Assembly: GCA_030141605.1 (NCBI GenBank) | Contig: JAQGDQ010001139.1 | Span: 1 to 59,868, forward strand | Reading direction: 5' to 3' | From: Tubiluchus corallicola | Lineage: Eukaryota > Animalia > Priapulida | Length of the DNA stretch: 59,868 nucleotides | Part shown: positions 1 to 40,400 of the stretch, in pieces | How positions within the stretch are numbered: position 1 is the stretch's first letter | Layout: each line of letters opens with the position of its first letter | Program-made: the position numbers and the translations under genes | The notes under the pieces: generated by a model | Database searches by the model: none | Seen by the model: only the letters and a program-made list of their open reading frames with translations | Told to the model about the DNA's origin: nothing

Positions 1-694
1 AACGGTTTGTCTGGAGAGACGTTGCTGTTTTTCCAGTGAAGCAGAGCGTTTAGTGGCGTCTGGCCTCTCCTTCTCGGTTGCATTGAAATGGCAAAATAAT
101 CATGTCGAACTTTAGCTGTTGTTGAGAAAATAAAGGTGAATTGAATTGAATTGGCAAAATTTGAGGTCCAAATGTATCACCTTGTCAAGTCCCTCATCAT
201 CTCTTAACGAGTTTGTGTCTTTTGTTGAACTTATTTAGACCAAAGGTCAAAGGTTAAGTGTACCCGACAACACATTTGTGTACACTTGACAGCCCTCTCC
301 GTTCCATGCTATTGTAATAGTAACAGTTTTAACAGGTAGCTAGGACCTTAGCTAGTTCATCTTTTCTTGTTCCCGAGCAAGATCTTGCTAGTAAGTCACT
401 CTAGACGCAGACCAATGCATAACTGAAATCCAAGTAAAACAACTGAGCTTACTGAACTGATGTGGCAAAACGCTTTGTTTTACACACATGTCACGTGACG
501 GCTGTATTTAAAACGCGTTGCTTAGCTTTTCTCTTGCATACAACGATGTGGTGGGAAGGTTTACTGACCAGTTCCTTGTACAGTATTTTAATATCAAGTA
601 ACTAATATTTTTCTTATCCAGTTCAATGTTATCAAGTTACTAATCAGTTCACTGAAAAACTACAAGCGCCATTAAAAATAGTTTTGTTTTTTAG

Positions 695-3865
<3,171 letters not shown>

Positions 3866-4484
3866 TAATTTCTGAAATTTGTGCCTCTCTTTTGCAAAAA
3901 GACAGTTTTCTGTAGTGTAGTGTGGAAATGAGAAGAAAGAGACAGACCATGGCATGAAAGAAGCCACAAACCCCTAAGCTAATGAGTCACTATGTCACTG
4001 CTGGTTTGAGAGATGATCTTTGTACTGGCTTCACGTTTTCTATTCTGTCCTGTGACTGCAACCAGTAATTTTCTACTTGTTTGTCGTTTATTTTTTATTT
4101 TTTGTTTTTTCTGTAAGTGATATCTATCATTGTACATATTATAAATAAGAAAAACTCTCACTAAATATATGTAGTAAATCCGTGTATTGTTTACTTTTGT
4201 CTTTTGACAGTTATTGTACTCAAAAACCAGTATTGATTCACATACAAAATCCCTATTTACAAGACAAACGGCGATCGAGTTAGAGAACCAAGATTTCTTT
4301 GAATACAAGCAAAAACTCCTAAATAAACTAGTCATCAGTCATAGAGATTTTCATAATCGGAATTTTCTCTTCATATTCATTGATCGTACCGCTCTTGTAA
4401 CAAGGTATGTGAAATGTAATTGGTTATTTAAAGAAGCTGCAGTGTGCTTAATCGTATAAAAAATCAATAGCTAAGAAAGAGGGA

Positions 4485-4587
<103 letters not shown>

Positions 4588-4709
4588 AAGAGAGAGAGGA
4601 AGAGTGAAAAATATTTAATATGAGCGCAGAAAATCAGAACAGGCGGGTGGGAAGAGAGAGAGAGAGAGAGAGAGAGTGTGTGTGTCAGGGAAAGAAAGCT
4701 TGAGAGAAA

Positions 4710-4754
<45 letters not shown>

Positions 4755-4985
4755 AATAAAAGCAGAAAGTCAAAGAGAAAAAGAAAGAGAGAGAAGAAGA
4801 AAAGAAAGGAAAGGAAAATGGCTTTAAAAAGAGAAAAAAAGAAGGGAAATGACGAATGAGAGCAGTAAGAGATGGAAGAGGAGAGAAAGGGAGAGCAAAG
4901 ACAGTAGAAGAGAGGAAAGGAATGGGGAAGAGAGTAGAACTGGACTAAGCAGAGGGATGATTGTTAATTTGTTTTCTATGCTTAC

Positions 4986-6904
<1,919 letters not shown>

Positions 6905-7689
6905 CAGCTAAGCAAAATGATTACGTCACAAACAATTACTTATTCAAATGGTTTTATTACTCAGCAAGGTGTTCTCAGCAGCGTCACTTATTACAGAAAT
7001 AAGACGTAGAGTGGATACTAATTTATTGAGAACCGTGTGAACTTTGAAACGACTCTGTTTACATCGCATACAGCTTTAAGCCACAATAAACTTCCTACGT
7101 AAAAGCACAATTCGTCAACGATCTAAATTTAGACTAAACGTCATTATTTCTTTGATTATGATGTCATGAAAATCTCTCAGCGTAGGCCAGTATAAAACAG
7201 AAACACATCGTAATTACAAAGCAAATTGTTTGATTTGAAAAAATGCAATAACGTAAAATAAAATAAAATTAAATTGAATAAAATAAATATTTATAAACAT
7301 GAAAGACACGTGCTACGAGCATTATCCTATCGATTAACATGTATTTTCTTCAACTGATAACAAAAAATTTGCAAAGACGCAGCCAAAATCTTATAATAAC
7401 GAATCAAACAAAATAATCTTAGTCATTCGTTGTCTAAATCTTTAACTTAATCATTACTTTCCTTGTAGTTGAACTTTTTAGCAGAACAATGTTTAGTTGG
7501 ACAACTAAATATTTTTTGAATTAAATTGATTTTGCACAAATTTTTCATTTTTGCAAGTTGTTTTTTTCACGCTTTCTTATTAGTGTAAATATTTGTGTAA
7601 ATGTGAGTTGCTCAATGTTTAGCACAATGTAGATGATTGCCCAATTCTCCAACTCTGAAAGTTTGATCTCTGTGTTTGTACTGTTGACG

Positions 7690-26968
<19,279 letters not shown>

Positions 26969-27759
26969 TGGCTAAACTTTATTTCTGATGTCACATTTTG
27001 TTCATTTGCTTTTAATTCACACAATGTTACGTCATAAGAATGTTCTGAACTCACTCAAAAATCTCTAACACTTGTAATGCTTGTCTGATAACAACGCTGT
27101 GCACCTTTAATAGAATATTGAACTTTGATTTATATATGTTTGTTTAGTTAGTAAATGCACCACCAGGGTAAAGTGTAGTTTTACATTTTTAACTGTACAT
27201 TTTTTTATTTTAGAAATTTTTGTTTTGTTTGTTAATTTAACTTTTGTTTCATCGTATTTGTCATATTTATTTATTGTTTGGCATCTTAATTTTAATTCGT
27301 TTGAACTTGAAATGTTAATTTTTGCCAAGTTATCTTTATTTCTCGTTTTTGTTTTCAAATTGTTGATTATTATTAATTTGTAGTAAACAAGCTTGACATG
27401 TCGTTTAATTTTCGTTAATTTTAGAAAGGGGTAGCTCACCTGGTGACCACTGGTCATTTCGCCACCTGTTCCCTTTATCCTGTAAAACTTAGAGACTAAT
27501 AAATTATTTACACGTTAATATACAATGAAATTATTCTCTAAGTGTTGTTATATTTATAATCCGGTACACTGCAGTGGCATGACCTAGTTTAAGTGTATGC
27601 TTGTGGTAGTACCGGGATCTTGCTTACTATCATTGCTCGTGTCCTTAAACGAGACACTGATCTTGCAGAGTTTTTTGGTTTAACCATACTTAGGAGCAAA
27701 ATTATACAGCTTCACTTACTGAGATAAATAGACAAGCAGCGAAGATGCAACCTACCATG

Positions 27760-28050
27760 CACAGCAGGTTTCTTAACCATCACCCATCCATTTAATGACT
27801 AGATTAGTGCTTAACTATCGCACCTGCCATAAACATTTAGCTATTCAACACTAAAAGAAATTTAGACGTCGTCTTTGGGATATCACATCGCTTCATAAAA
27901 GGTGAAACATTAAATCATAAACGTTAGGCTATAAATAATATAAAATAATGTCTTTAAGTATCAGGGTGTGGGGTCACAGAGTGGTTATGGTCAAGGCGAG
28001 TACGGTCAGTAACTGGATGGGCGACCGGCTGGAAAACCACATCTGGGTGG
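27760..28050. mobile_element. Possible 5S rRNA-derived SINE fragments (minus at about 27760-27830, plus at about 27990-28050)
   Basis: gtcagtaactggatgggcgaccggctggaaaacc resembles the 5S internal control region (gttagtacttggatgggagaccgcctgggaatacc); neither piece is full length. Confidence 0.4.
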
Positions 28051-28431
28051 TTTCAGTACCATCAAAGGTTGTTCCTTCCGAGGAATCCAGATGTGATCAA
28101 GACATCTCTACCAGGTCAATGTTTTGACTTTTAGAATTATTATCCTAGACAACGAAGCTAGGTGCCGATCAAGCCACAAGCGTGAGCATAATATATACCG
28201 CCAGTGAGTGCTGGATCTAAACTTTATAATAGATAAACCATACCAAACAGGTAAGCAAATGTAGATATTTTACGTTTACTGTATTTTAAACTTTTTGATA
28301 ACTTGCAGTAATAATATATGTTTTTTCTACTAAAAACTCTGATAACTTATCCTGGAATGCTGAAGAAAAACACAAATAAACTGCAAATGTGTTTACTTAA
28401 TAACACTTTTAAAGAGAGCAGCTAGCAAAAC

Positions 28432-28722
28432 TACCACCACCACCACCACTAGCAGCACCAGCACCACCACCACCATCGACACCAGCACCACCACCACCGA
28501 CACCAGCACCACCACCATCGACACCAGCACCACCACCACTGACACCAGCAACACCACCACCACCACCACCATCGACACCAGCACCACCACCACCGACACC
28601 AGCACCACCAGCACCACCACCATCGACACCAGCACCACCACCATCGACACCAGCACCACCACCACCGACACCAGCACCACCACCATCGACACCAGCACCA
28701 CCACCACCAACAACAACAACAA
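28432..28722. repeat. (CAC)n-derived minisatellite with a ~21 bp unit (caccaccaccatcgacaccag)
   Basis: Read directly from the sequence. Confidence 0.9.
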
Positions 28723-30433
28723 CGAGATCAAGCTTTCGTGACTCTGCCATTTTGTGTCACATCCAAAAATACAAACAGAACGGGGAAGAGCCTGCCTAGT
28801 TAGCATGTAATGCCTGTTAGTTCAATAAGCTTTTTAAGGATATCGTTAAGCAAAAAAGGGTAAACTATATTTTTATTGTTTACTTTGAACAATGAACAAT
28901 TGCTGACTTTGGACAGCAATTAGATAGGCGACCACCAGGTAATTTTAACTGCCGACACTATGCAAAATTTCAAAATTCTTTGCCTTCAAAATCGGATTTT
29001 TATTTCATTATGGTATTTTCAAATTATTTTACATTCACACAACATTGTTAATTTATTTAGATAAATTTATTTATTTTACTTATTTATTTAGTTTTACTTA
29101 TAATAACTCAAACCAACTTGAGCCTTAGATACTTTTACACATGCATAGATTATAACTACAAACTCAGAGCATTAAGATTTAATACTTTTTAAATAAATTA
29201 GGAGGCACATAATTCAGTGTAGAACATCCATACATACTTATTACTACGGGGATTTACACTTTTACTAGAAAACACTAAACAAGGAAAAAACATTTTATGA
29301 TCATGTTTCAGGTGTTTACATTAACAGATTATTTTGCAAAAGTGTATAACATAAATACATGGACAGATTATAAGTGTATAGCATACGTACATATATTATA
29401 CATACATTGCAAACATACGTAAGTAATATTTTACAAACACTTTTGCCAACAAAAATCAATAAAATCATCTAAATGTAACTCTTTACTTTTTTACACTGCC
29501 TAAAAATGCTATCTCAGCCTAAAACAACAACTACAACGACTGCCAATTAATCCAGTTTTTCCCCGGGGTTTCTTATCACTGGAATTTTCTATAAGAAAAA
29601 TAAAGACTGGAAACTATGGCTTCATCATATTCAGGAAGAGAATGAACAAATACATCGTACAACTACTTACATGTAGTTAATTCTAATTCTATTTTTATGT
29701 AACACTATTTGACAATGAACACTATGCATGTAGTCATCACCTTCCGAACTCACCAAACTGAACAATAATTGACCTACATTTTGTGTGAAGAATTCTCAAG
29801 CACAAAAATCTTTAAGACAAAAAATTAAGTAAATACAATGAAAGTAAGAAAGTAAGTAAGTAAATGAAAGTAATGAAAATTAAGTAAATGAAGCGTTGTG
29901 GTTGATAGTACTAGTCATCGGTCAGCAGTATAGCAGTTACAGTGTTCCCTCACTCATCGCGGGTGTTCCGTTCCATGCCCACTCGCAATAAGTGAATCTC
30001 CGCGAAGTTAGGGACGCTATACTTATTTAATACTTACACATTGGGGTGCAAATTAAATTCAGTCTCTAATGAAAATTTCACAAATAGCGTTACAAAAAAA
30101 CAAATTGCACGGTACCTTGAGCCAATCAGCGACCTGAGCCGATCCAATCTGTAATACTGCCATTTTTCAATTTAAAACTCAACATTTCTCATAAGCCTCG
30201 TTTTGTCACACACACACATACTTGCATGCTGGTATTGTTGCGCATGTGAAATGTGAGCAGTCAAAGTGGTGGCCTCCATGACAGCATTAGAGAGAGATCC
30301 CGATAAAATCCCATTATTGCAATCAACGATGAGAGATAGTTAATCACAAACGGACAACAACGTGTTGAAACTTGCACGAATTATTCAGCACAAAACATTA
30401 ATAAATATCCGTGTCCGTGCGCACGGCAAAAAA

Positions 30434-33400
30434 TCACGATCTGCCCAGGAAGTAATAAACAACGGCAACTGATACTGCAAATCCAGCATACACACTCAAT
30501 ATTGTTGCCGTTGAAGACAATGTCAATTTATTTATCACCTCGTGTTTCGTCTTGTCCAAAGCCGAGATCACATCGGAACCAACAAACGCGACACTGTCCA
30601 GTTCTTCGCCACCGACCATTGACCGCAGGTCACTCAATTCACCAGTAAGGTGCCTTTCGTGCACTTTTGATCTTTCGACAAGCAAGGAGAGGGATTCGGT
30701 CAGCCTCCGATTCGCATTTTCTCCTCTATTCTGTACGCTAACAGGTTCTAAAAGAGAGAACACTTCATTAGACAAAAAATGTACATCAGCATGGTAAGCG
30801 GACATGACAATGGATAGATTGTAGAGAGCAGTCCTCAGATCCGCGGCTGTTGCCTCTTGAACAATCTTTCTCAATCGATTCATGCGGAAATAATTATTCG
30901 CAGTGGCACCTAGGATGCCGATCGCTGCCCCGCAAACTGAACCAATCACAGACCAGTATTTAGTCTTGTCCGAGTATGCCCGCTCTTGTTCCTGACTCAT
31001 CTTAAGAGCCTTCGACAGCGACCCGAACTCCTCCCTCTCCTCCTCTTCCAGCCGCTCGTAGTCGGACTTTGCCGCCTGCTCTTCCTTGAGAGCCAGGTGC
31101 TCTTTGGTGATCATCTGCAGGTACCTGTCGTCCCCGCGGGAGAGTTTGTCCAGATCGGCTCGCAGTTCTTTTAGTCGCTCCTGGATGTTGTGCAGATGCA
31201 GTTGCATCTTCTGACGCTCTTCCTGCTTCTGTAGAAATAACTGCTCTGCCTAAAATATATAAACATTTATTTATTAGCTCAAAATAACTTATTTTTTTCG
31301 AAATACAGCACAAAACAAGCCAGAGTCCATCATTCACAATTGCAGGACTCATTTAATGCTGACGGTTGAGGCTAGACCGTTCATCTAGCTCATTCAAAGC
31401 TAGTCATCAAAGATGAGACATCCAAACTTCTTCGTCTTCTGTTGCTCTAAACATTCTGTTGTAAACATAAAGCCAATATACATTATCAGAGCACTCCACT
31501 GTTTCCTGTCTGCAGCTAAAATTTTCAATTCCTGTGATGCTACTGTTAGGTTTGGTTCCAGCTGTTGTATATCTTTATTAAATCTTGATATCCAAGCTGT
31601 TTTTTAATTTGGTTTTGCCTGGAGGTCATTTATTAGGTCTCAGTGCCTCGTTTAATCTCACTGGTGCTGTTTCTGGCAATCTCATTAAATGTCCTGTGCA
31701 TCTTAGTCTTCTGACTATGATTTTAGTGCTAAAATGTTCTTCTTTCGTTCTGTTTAATGCTAATCTTACAGGTGTTGTTTCTGGCAATCTCATTCAAATG
31801 TCCTGTGCATCTTAGTCTTCTGATTCTGATTTTAGTGCTAGTGCTCCAAAGTTCTTCTTTGGTTCTGTAATACAGCTGCTCATTTGAAATGATATATGTC
31901 AATTTTATTCCTAAAATTTCCCTGAATAAGCCAATATCTCTATATTTTGTCTGAGTACATCTGAACTAGCAGAGCATATTTTGTTGAGCAAGGTGGCAGA
32001 TCTTTCAATCTGCAAAACAGAATGTCTGATGGCAGAAGATTTTTTCTAAGCCATAATGCTCTTAACAGTACAGACTGTGTAAAACAAAAGTTGTTACCTT
32101 TTTAAAATTTTCTTATTAAGAAATTGTCTAAGATTTGATCACTAAAACAGGACGAAATTATATTTTAATTTTTCTTAATTTTGCTCTAAGCCTGTTTTCT
32201 ATTTTTACAAATTGCTCATTGCTAAATTAGTTTTATACAATCCACAAAATTAGACTTTATCATTACAGATTGATAATGAATTCCAAAACTGCGTCCGTTG
32301 ATAGTGTATTTTTTAGCAAATAACATTCATGTTACATTATATTATGTGACTCATTTTTCATTACACGTAAAATGGCTGTGGTGATAATGGACCCAGAATT
32401 TAATTTAACGGATAGAAATTAATAATAACTATATTTATTGTAAGAAAACAGCACCAGCATCATTGCAGCTGTGTTGCAGCTGCAGTACCTGTCTGTGCCA
32501 CCAGTGTTGCACCTGCAATGCATGACGATTAATAACTGTTGTGTGTTATACTGCTATCAATCAAAATTTAAAATGTTACACAAGGGAAAACAATTACAGA
32601 CAGATTTTCCATTTAGGTTTAACTTTAAAAAACATCCGAAAAACAAAAAATGCGTAATTTGCTAGGTCTCCACTATCAATGTTCTCCACTGACAGCCGGA
32701 AATTTTAAATTATTCCGACCTTGAGTTGATCTTGATAACTTTCTCAAATACAAAAAGACACGCCTAAGCAGTTTTTCTCACTGTGTCTCTCCGACACTCA
32801 AAAAATTTTATTTATTCTTAATTTAATATTTTGTTGTGTTGTAATGTATAGTGTTGTATTGTTATATGTGTGCTTGCAAACCAAGATCGTCCGTCCATAG
32901 CAACCAACATTGGTGCGGTTGCTAAGTGTTTTGTAGAAACGTGGCAAAAACAATGACTAACTTTAATAATGATTTTCTCAAGGTTATGTTTTCTACATAA
33001 GCAGCCTGCGAAGCCTGCACTTCAACTTCAACATGGATTATCTCAGCTTAGAAATAACATAGAGCGATGAACTTGGTATCAAAAATACCTCATGAAATGG
33101 AGAGTCAGGATTTAGGAATAACTTAATTGCAGCCTTATAGAAGATTTTGCTACGTTTGTACAGTATCTGAAAGTTTTGAGTGTTAATAAATTAAATTAAA
33201 TTAAATCCTGGTAAGGAAGCTAAATTGTGTGAGCTTATTCATTGGCAGCTGATGGCTCCTTCAGATCTGTACCATACCTGCCTTTATCATGAAGCTGAAC
33301 AGCAGCGGTGCGCTAATTTCATGTTATTGATGTAAATTAATGTAAATTTAATTTGTTGTAATATGGCAAAATGGCAGATTTATTTCGTTTTTATTTTATT

Positions 33401-34598
33401 TTATTACGACAACACCAAACTACACTACAATATAATAAAACAATATGATGACGTGATATACATAGGATTACATAACTACATTAATATTTTAATAAAATCG
33501 ACATGGCTTGACATCTGTATAAATTGTTGCTTGCATTACAGTCAGAATGGTTACTTGTATGACTATTGTAATTGTAATTTATTATCACTTCAGCAAGTAT
33601 TTTTACATTACAATTTGCATGATTATCTTTAACTATTATGCACTATAACTAGAAAATGAAATATAGTTACAATAATTGTAACAGAACTACATTAGTATAC
33701 TCTAGCATGATATAGTTAGGGAAAAAATTCCAAATATAATTATAAAAATTTAACAGAAGTGTACTAACATAGTTACTAAACTACATAATAGTTTGTCAAC
33801 AATAGATGCTGCATGGCAGTCAAGAAGCAAAGCTTGTAAGAGCACCATGATGATGCAATTAATGGTGCAGGTCCCAGAGTGCAAAAAAGGAAGGCAGAAA
33901 AGCGATGGAATAATAGTGGAGAGTGCAGGAGATGGGAATCAGTAGTGTGGGGGGTTGTGGGTGTTGGTGTGGTGTGTGTTTGGGGGTGGTGGTTTTTGTG
34001 GTGTTTTTGTTTTTTGGTGTGTGTGGTGTGTGTTTTTGTTTTTGGGGTGTGGGTTGTTTGTGGTGGTTGTTTTTGTGTTGGTGTTTTTTTTTTTTGTTTT
34101 TTTAATTATTATTATTACATAAACAAGCACAACGGACGGTGTCAGTAACTTAACGACTAATCGCACCTGTTCTAGTGTCCTACTTGGGGGTGGGGTTTTG
34201 AGTAGGATTAGGTTAGTGAAATGATGTGAATGAGAATGAGATTGCAAAGGCCTGCAAGATCAGGAACCTTACCAAATATGTTTACACAAATTATGTTAAT
34301 ACACAAGTACGTTAACTGATTCAGGTAGTAAAAAAGCACGGCGAAGAGACGCAGCAGGTGGAAAAAAGAACTATTTGCGATAATAATTTATCTTTACCTC
34401 TATTACTTTCGACTGGGCTTCTTTCACAAGCGTTATACCAACAAAATCTTCATAAGTCTTCATAAAATGAGTTAGCTTATAAACTACACTACGGCTTTGC
34501 GAAGGTGTTACACTGGAAAAACTAGAAAAATGAAAAAGTCTCAACATTACAAAATTTAACGTTTTCCCGTTTCTCCTGTAGGCTGCCATGCTGTTCAT
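30434..34598 (-). CDS. CCDC51: Coiled-coil domain-containing protein 51 (MITOK); exons 34598-34398 and 31249-30434
   Basis: Basic presequence-like N-terminus, YEDFVGITLVKEAQSKVIE|AEQLF (phase 0), RGDDRYLQMITKEH, ERAYSDKTKYWSVIGSVCGAAIGILG and a C-terminal TM. Confidence 0.9.
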
Positions 34599-35179
34599 TC
34601 GCGTAAACTATGTAGCAAATCAACGCACTGCTAGTATGCTAATAACGCAGCGCTACACTAACGACTGCGTGGTTACGGTCAACTTGACAAATGACTGCTT
34701 GGAATGCATTCCTGAATTTTTTATCTCCTTAGGTTAAGTGATACTTTCTCCAAATTTAATAACTCACAAAAAATAACATAAAACGGCAACTAATTGAAGA
34801 CGTTTTAGTAGAGCTCTTCTGCCATTGCTAGGATGTGACTGAGCAAATGATCTCAAGATTAAACTCTCCAGTATCTGGCTTGGCTTCACACAGGAAGTCA
34901 AGAAGCGTTTTCTGCATAAAAACATTGATAACCACAATGGTTTACCCTTAGTCATCAGTCACTTTATTACGAAACACTGTAATGCTGCACCTCTCACTCT
35001 AAAATTAAATTGCAACAATTTAAAAAACACTTGAAGACACTTCTCTTTAATTCCAACTGTTGTAAACTTCAATAATGACCTGTGTTGCCATTTCTGTTTT
35101 GCAGGGAATTTTTGCGTTTTATACAAAATTTTCAATAAACGGTGTTAAATGTCCTGTGCTTGAACATGTACTAAAATAT

Positions 35180-35401
<222 letters not shown>

Positions 35402-35595
35402 CAATTTACACATTCTTAAATTCATCCATGTGTTTGAGAAGTAGAAACAGAAGTAAAAAAATATAAATAAAGTGGCTTACATTTTCACCAAATTTTATTA
35501 AACATTAAAAACTCTTTGCCATATTCATGACCTTAACCAGTCACACAGTAAAAATTTGTTCCATCACATTCTTTTCAAAGTGTTGATTTTGCTAA

Positions 35596-37078
35596 TTAAT
35601 AAAGCAGAGGTCCCAAAACAGATCCCTGGGGTATTCCGTGTGTGACTATTGCTTCGTTGGAAAGAACATTGTTACATCTGACTGCTTGAGTTCGGTCCTT
35701 GAGGTAATTAGCAAACCATGAGTATGCGACCCTTTTAATGCCATAGTGGAATAACTTATCTAACAGAATAGCATGATTAACTGTATCAAAGGCCTTAGAG
35801 AGATCACAAAAAATGCCAATGGCAACAGCGTTTTGTTCTAATGAATTAATTACGTTGTTTATTATATTTATTAGGGCTAGCTGTGTAGAACTACCCTTTC
35901 TGAAGCCATACTGATGATTATAAAGTACATTATGTATGGTCAAGTAGTCTAATAATCTTTTATGGACTATTTTTCTAATATTTTAGAGAAAAGGTAATAA
36001 TGATATAGGTCTATAGTTACTAATATCTAAGGAGTCTTTAGCCTTATACACAGGAATAATTACTGATTTTTTAAGTTGATAAGGTAATTTTCCTGTTGTT
36101 AATGAGTAATTGATTATATGCGTTAAAGGAGCAGCTAAATTATCAATTAAATCAATTATGACTTTGGGAAGAAAGTTGTCAAAGATTGCCCCTTTATTAC
36201 GGTTGAAAGATTTACATGTAGATTTTAATTCATTTATTGTAACAGGACTGAAGAAAAGAGTAGACTGATAATCACTCTTAAGATAAACTTTAGGGTTGAC
36301 ACCAGTATTTGGAATTTCTGCAGCTAATTTTTCACCAATCTGTGAGAAATGTTCGTTGAAAGCACAAGCGACAGATTTATTGTCAGTTATTAATCTGTTG
36401 TTAATTTTAAGCGTATATGAACCAGATTTTCTATTTGACTGTAAAATTTCTTTCATAATAATCCACGTTTTCTTCAAGTTAGTTTTAACATGTTCTAGTT
36501 TATTTTGATAATAATTAGATTTAGAGAGTTTTATTATGTTGTTAGAGAGTTTTATTATGTTGTTTAACCTATTACGATACTGTTTGTACGAATGGTGGGA
36601 TCATAATTAATATTATTTTTGAGAAGTTGATTATACAACTTATTTTTGCATTTAATGCTATTTAAAATGGTAGGTGTAATCCATGGCTTTTTAATGGCAC
36701 CTGAATTTATATTATCGTTGTTAATTGTAGTTATATTGTTATTGTACATCATTTGAAATTTATCTAGAAATAAATTATACGCTTCTTGTGGTTCAGATGT
36801 AGTAAATCCTTCCAATCAGAATTATCCAAGTCAGAAGCAAATTTGCGTTTAATACGGTCATTATAGAGAGTTCTATTATATCTAAAGAAATAAGACGTAG
36901 TTATGTTTAAATCGATTATCAAGAAAATTGACAAGTGATCAGTAATGTCAAAAAGTAAATTACCAGATTTGAATTTATGTTCAATTACATTGGTAAAAAT
37001 ATTGTCTATCAATGTTGAACTATTAGGCGTTATACGTGTAGGTAAGGTAATTACAAGAAAAATACTATTAGAGATCAT
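35596..37078 (-). mobile_element. Decayed CR1/L2-group LINE ORF2 (end of endonuclease through part of RT)
   Basis: PTRIT...TLIDNIF, TDHL, KPWIT, NYRPISLL, QYGFR, DLSKAFDTVNH and GIPQGSVLGPLL spread over frameshifted ORFs. Confidence 0.92.
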
Positions 37079-37456
37079 AGTGTTTAAAATATTATATTAT
37101 AACTAGAAATATATAATTATAAATTCAGCCATTCAGGTAAAAGTGACACATTAGTTGAAATGGTAAAAACATCTTATTTCTAACTTATAAACAGCTACAA
37201 ATTTTTACATATTGTATTAATGTCATGGATTTTGCTATATTCAAGATATTACAAGTATAGTCAGCAATAAGTAGTGAATTAATACGATAGTTACAGAAGA
37301 CAATTGCAAAACTTGTTATCAAGTCTTTTATAGTTGCCGTTTGTCAGATTTACCATGTAAGATAAGATGAGTCTAATTTAGACCTGCATTTTTTACAAAT
37401 TGTTATGGTAATCAAGCCATAGTGGGATTAAATAGAAAACCAAGTAAGGAAAATTT

Positions 37457-40400
37457 TTAGCTAACTAGATAGCCACTGAATGTGTTCCAAGAATAGGTGC
37501 TAATGGTGCCACCACAATAATATGCGGCATAAACTTCGTCTCCAGTTCGTAGAGTTCGATACTAAATGCCACAGCACCTACAACAAAATAATTTTATTTT
37601 TAAGTATCGACAACAGAACAGTATTTATAGCTATTTTATGTGTTTCACTTATGCATTTTTGATTAAGTATAACAATACTTCTTTTACAAATTATTATTAC
37701 CAGACTAATTAAAATGAAGAAAACATAATTATGTTAATGAATAATTAAACTAGAATTGTAAATAAGGTGAGTGAGCTTTAAACAATCAATAAGTAATTGA
37801 CAAACGGGATTGACAGTCACCAACTTGTGAATGAATGAACAAATGAACGAATGAAATTTAATGAATATGACATTATTGTAGAAAATTAGTTTATGCAAAA
37901 AAATTGGTTAGTTAAAACAATTGAGTAATGAACTTGTTAGTATGGATGTAGACACGGTGCTTCGTTGCAAATAGTTTACTAAACAAGCTTACCTGGATGA
38001 GTGAGACGTGCAACATAATTCCCATTATCCGTAAGAACGATGCGCAGGACCTGCTGAGCTTCTGTGCACCCATAGATTCACTTCAAAATAGTAAGTGTCT
38101 GGGACAGGCGCTTTGAATTTTCCTGTAAAGTAAAAAACCAAATTAATGTTTACGTCTTTATCTAATGTATAAATTTAATTGAAAAAGTATCCAAAAGTTA
38201 ATCCAAAGCTGCACATATGTGATCTTTGTTCTTTTTTGTGTAACCTAATGTAAAATTTATTCATACTATGTACTATAACACATAAAATCTTAGCGCTGAA
38301 AAAACGTATGCATTTAAAAATCAAAATGTTGAACTGCTGTCTATTTACAACAGAGGCAGGGAGGATGATACTGCAGCCTTAACAGAGTTGCGTTGCAGGT
38401 TTATGCTTAAGTTAACAAATGTTTAAGCTGAAACAAAATTATTGATTCATACAATTGAATTATCGATTTATTATTAAGCACATTGCATACACAGCTTACC
38501 GAAATAACAACTCTGGAAGAAATGACCCTGTTGGCTCGTTTGTTGCAAAGCCTGTGAGTGTAAATAGAGCTGGATAAGAGAACACCACTGACCACTGACA
38601 AGGGTCTACAGTACACCTTCCCTTTTCATAAGCTCCCTTTGTGGACGTGATTAGTTATTTTTACTACTAGACAGTCAGAATTTCAATCCGTTCTAGATAA
38701 AGGCACATTCACATCACACCAGAGAGGTTTACGTTGGCAGCATTTACGTTTACCCGTATTTAATTTCGTATTTTTAAATTTAATTTTAATTTGTTTCATT
38801 AGCCCACTATAGCACTGATATCAATGACCGTCCTAGCCCCCTCAATCCTGACAAAGAAGTATCCTCTATCCACACTCAGAGACTAAAATGCAAAACAGAC
38901 TGAAAAACTTAGTCTTAGAGAAGAACAATTATGCGAAACGATTACCGAATTGGAAATTAAAAGTTGAAAATAATCTCATTTCCTTGTTCAATTAAGTTAA
39001 AGTCGATCGTCGTATTTCACATGCAACAGTTTTTTATAACAGCGAATCGACTTAGAAAACTACCTACAAAGTATGTCTCAGCTGTTATTGTAGAGTATGT
39101 AAAAATAAATGTAATTAGATCATCCATTATCCGTTAAGCAATTCATATGATCTGCATTTCATAATTGTTCATCAGTATGAATCATCAATAGACAGGCAAC
39201 TGTGACATAAACTGCAATAGTAAAGTGTGAACTAGCCTTTAGCCAGTCAATGCAGTTTTAATGCTACGGCTATAACGCCTTGGTTAAGTAGCTTCCCTGT
39301 AAAATACGAACGCTAGTGTTCTTGTGAAATGCACAGGCAATTCCGCGATTTTTTGTAACAAATCCAGCACAAAAATTATTCAACATAAGTATTGGCTTCT
39401 GTGATGAAAAAACGGTGTAACAGATGAAAAAAGTAGTAAGTATTGTATTTGTAAGGCCATCTTAATTTGTACCAATAACAAACATTTTTGCAAGACAAAT
39501 CTGCATCATTGATAAAAATCAGCATCTTTGCTAACTTCGTTTGTAAAGTTCAAATGCAAATGTTACTTAGCACCCTATGATCAGTAACAACATTGACAAC
39601 TTTATCTTGTAAAATAATAATTTTAACTCTTTGCGCTGTGCTTGGCTGAACTTAGGGCTGGTCAGTGGTCAAAGTCACTCCAGTTCACAAGTTTCACAAA
39701 GCCTTGTTGTGAAGCTAAAAATAGGACCACGAAAGAAAGCAAATTAAGCAAAACAAATAACATGAATCTGATAACAAATCGTTTTCATACGTTGATATAC
39801 AGGGATTGCGATTATCTCCTGTAAATAATTATATGAATTCAAGCAGTTCTCTGATTGTAAACTGAAGGGTTGTCTTCCAAAAATGTTCCTGGAATGCTAA
39901 TATATGGTGTAGCTAGGGGCAGATTTTGTCCCTTTGGAGCACCTAGGCTAATTAACTTTTAAATATTTTGCAAATCAAATTAACGCGTAGGCCTATCTAA
40001 ACACATCCATGGTGAAAAAGCATATTTTTATAACTAGCATTATGACAATAAAACAATAAAAATAAATAAGTTTGTCATATTGATATCATTTCAGTTTATG
40101 AAACAATTTAAAAGCTTTAACATTTGGAAAATTAAAATCGTTGTTTTATAAAAATCCTAAAATTCAAACATGCTGAACTAAGTTCAATCATGCTGTCTAT
40201 ATTTGGAACATAGTAAGTCAATGGACTTGGGTGCCATGATTTACAGTTAGGGCTCCCCATGCACGCACGCATCAAAACACACCCTCACACACATACACAC
40301 ACACAGCATGCATGCATGCACGTATGTTCTGTTAATTTACAGCATTCTCAAATCAAAACAATGATGAAGCTCTTAGTAGGCTGAAACACGTCTAGAATGA

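Noticed and set aside
27760-28050. 5S rRNA gene
   Set aside because: Only partial, diverged similarity.
28393-28806. Gly-rich or Val-rich ORFs
   Set aside because: Products of a CAC-derived minisatellite.
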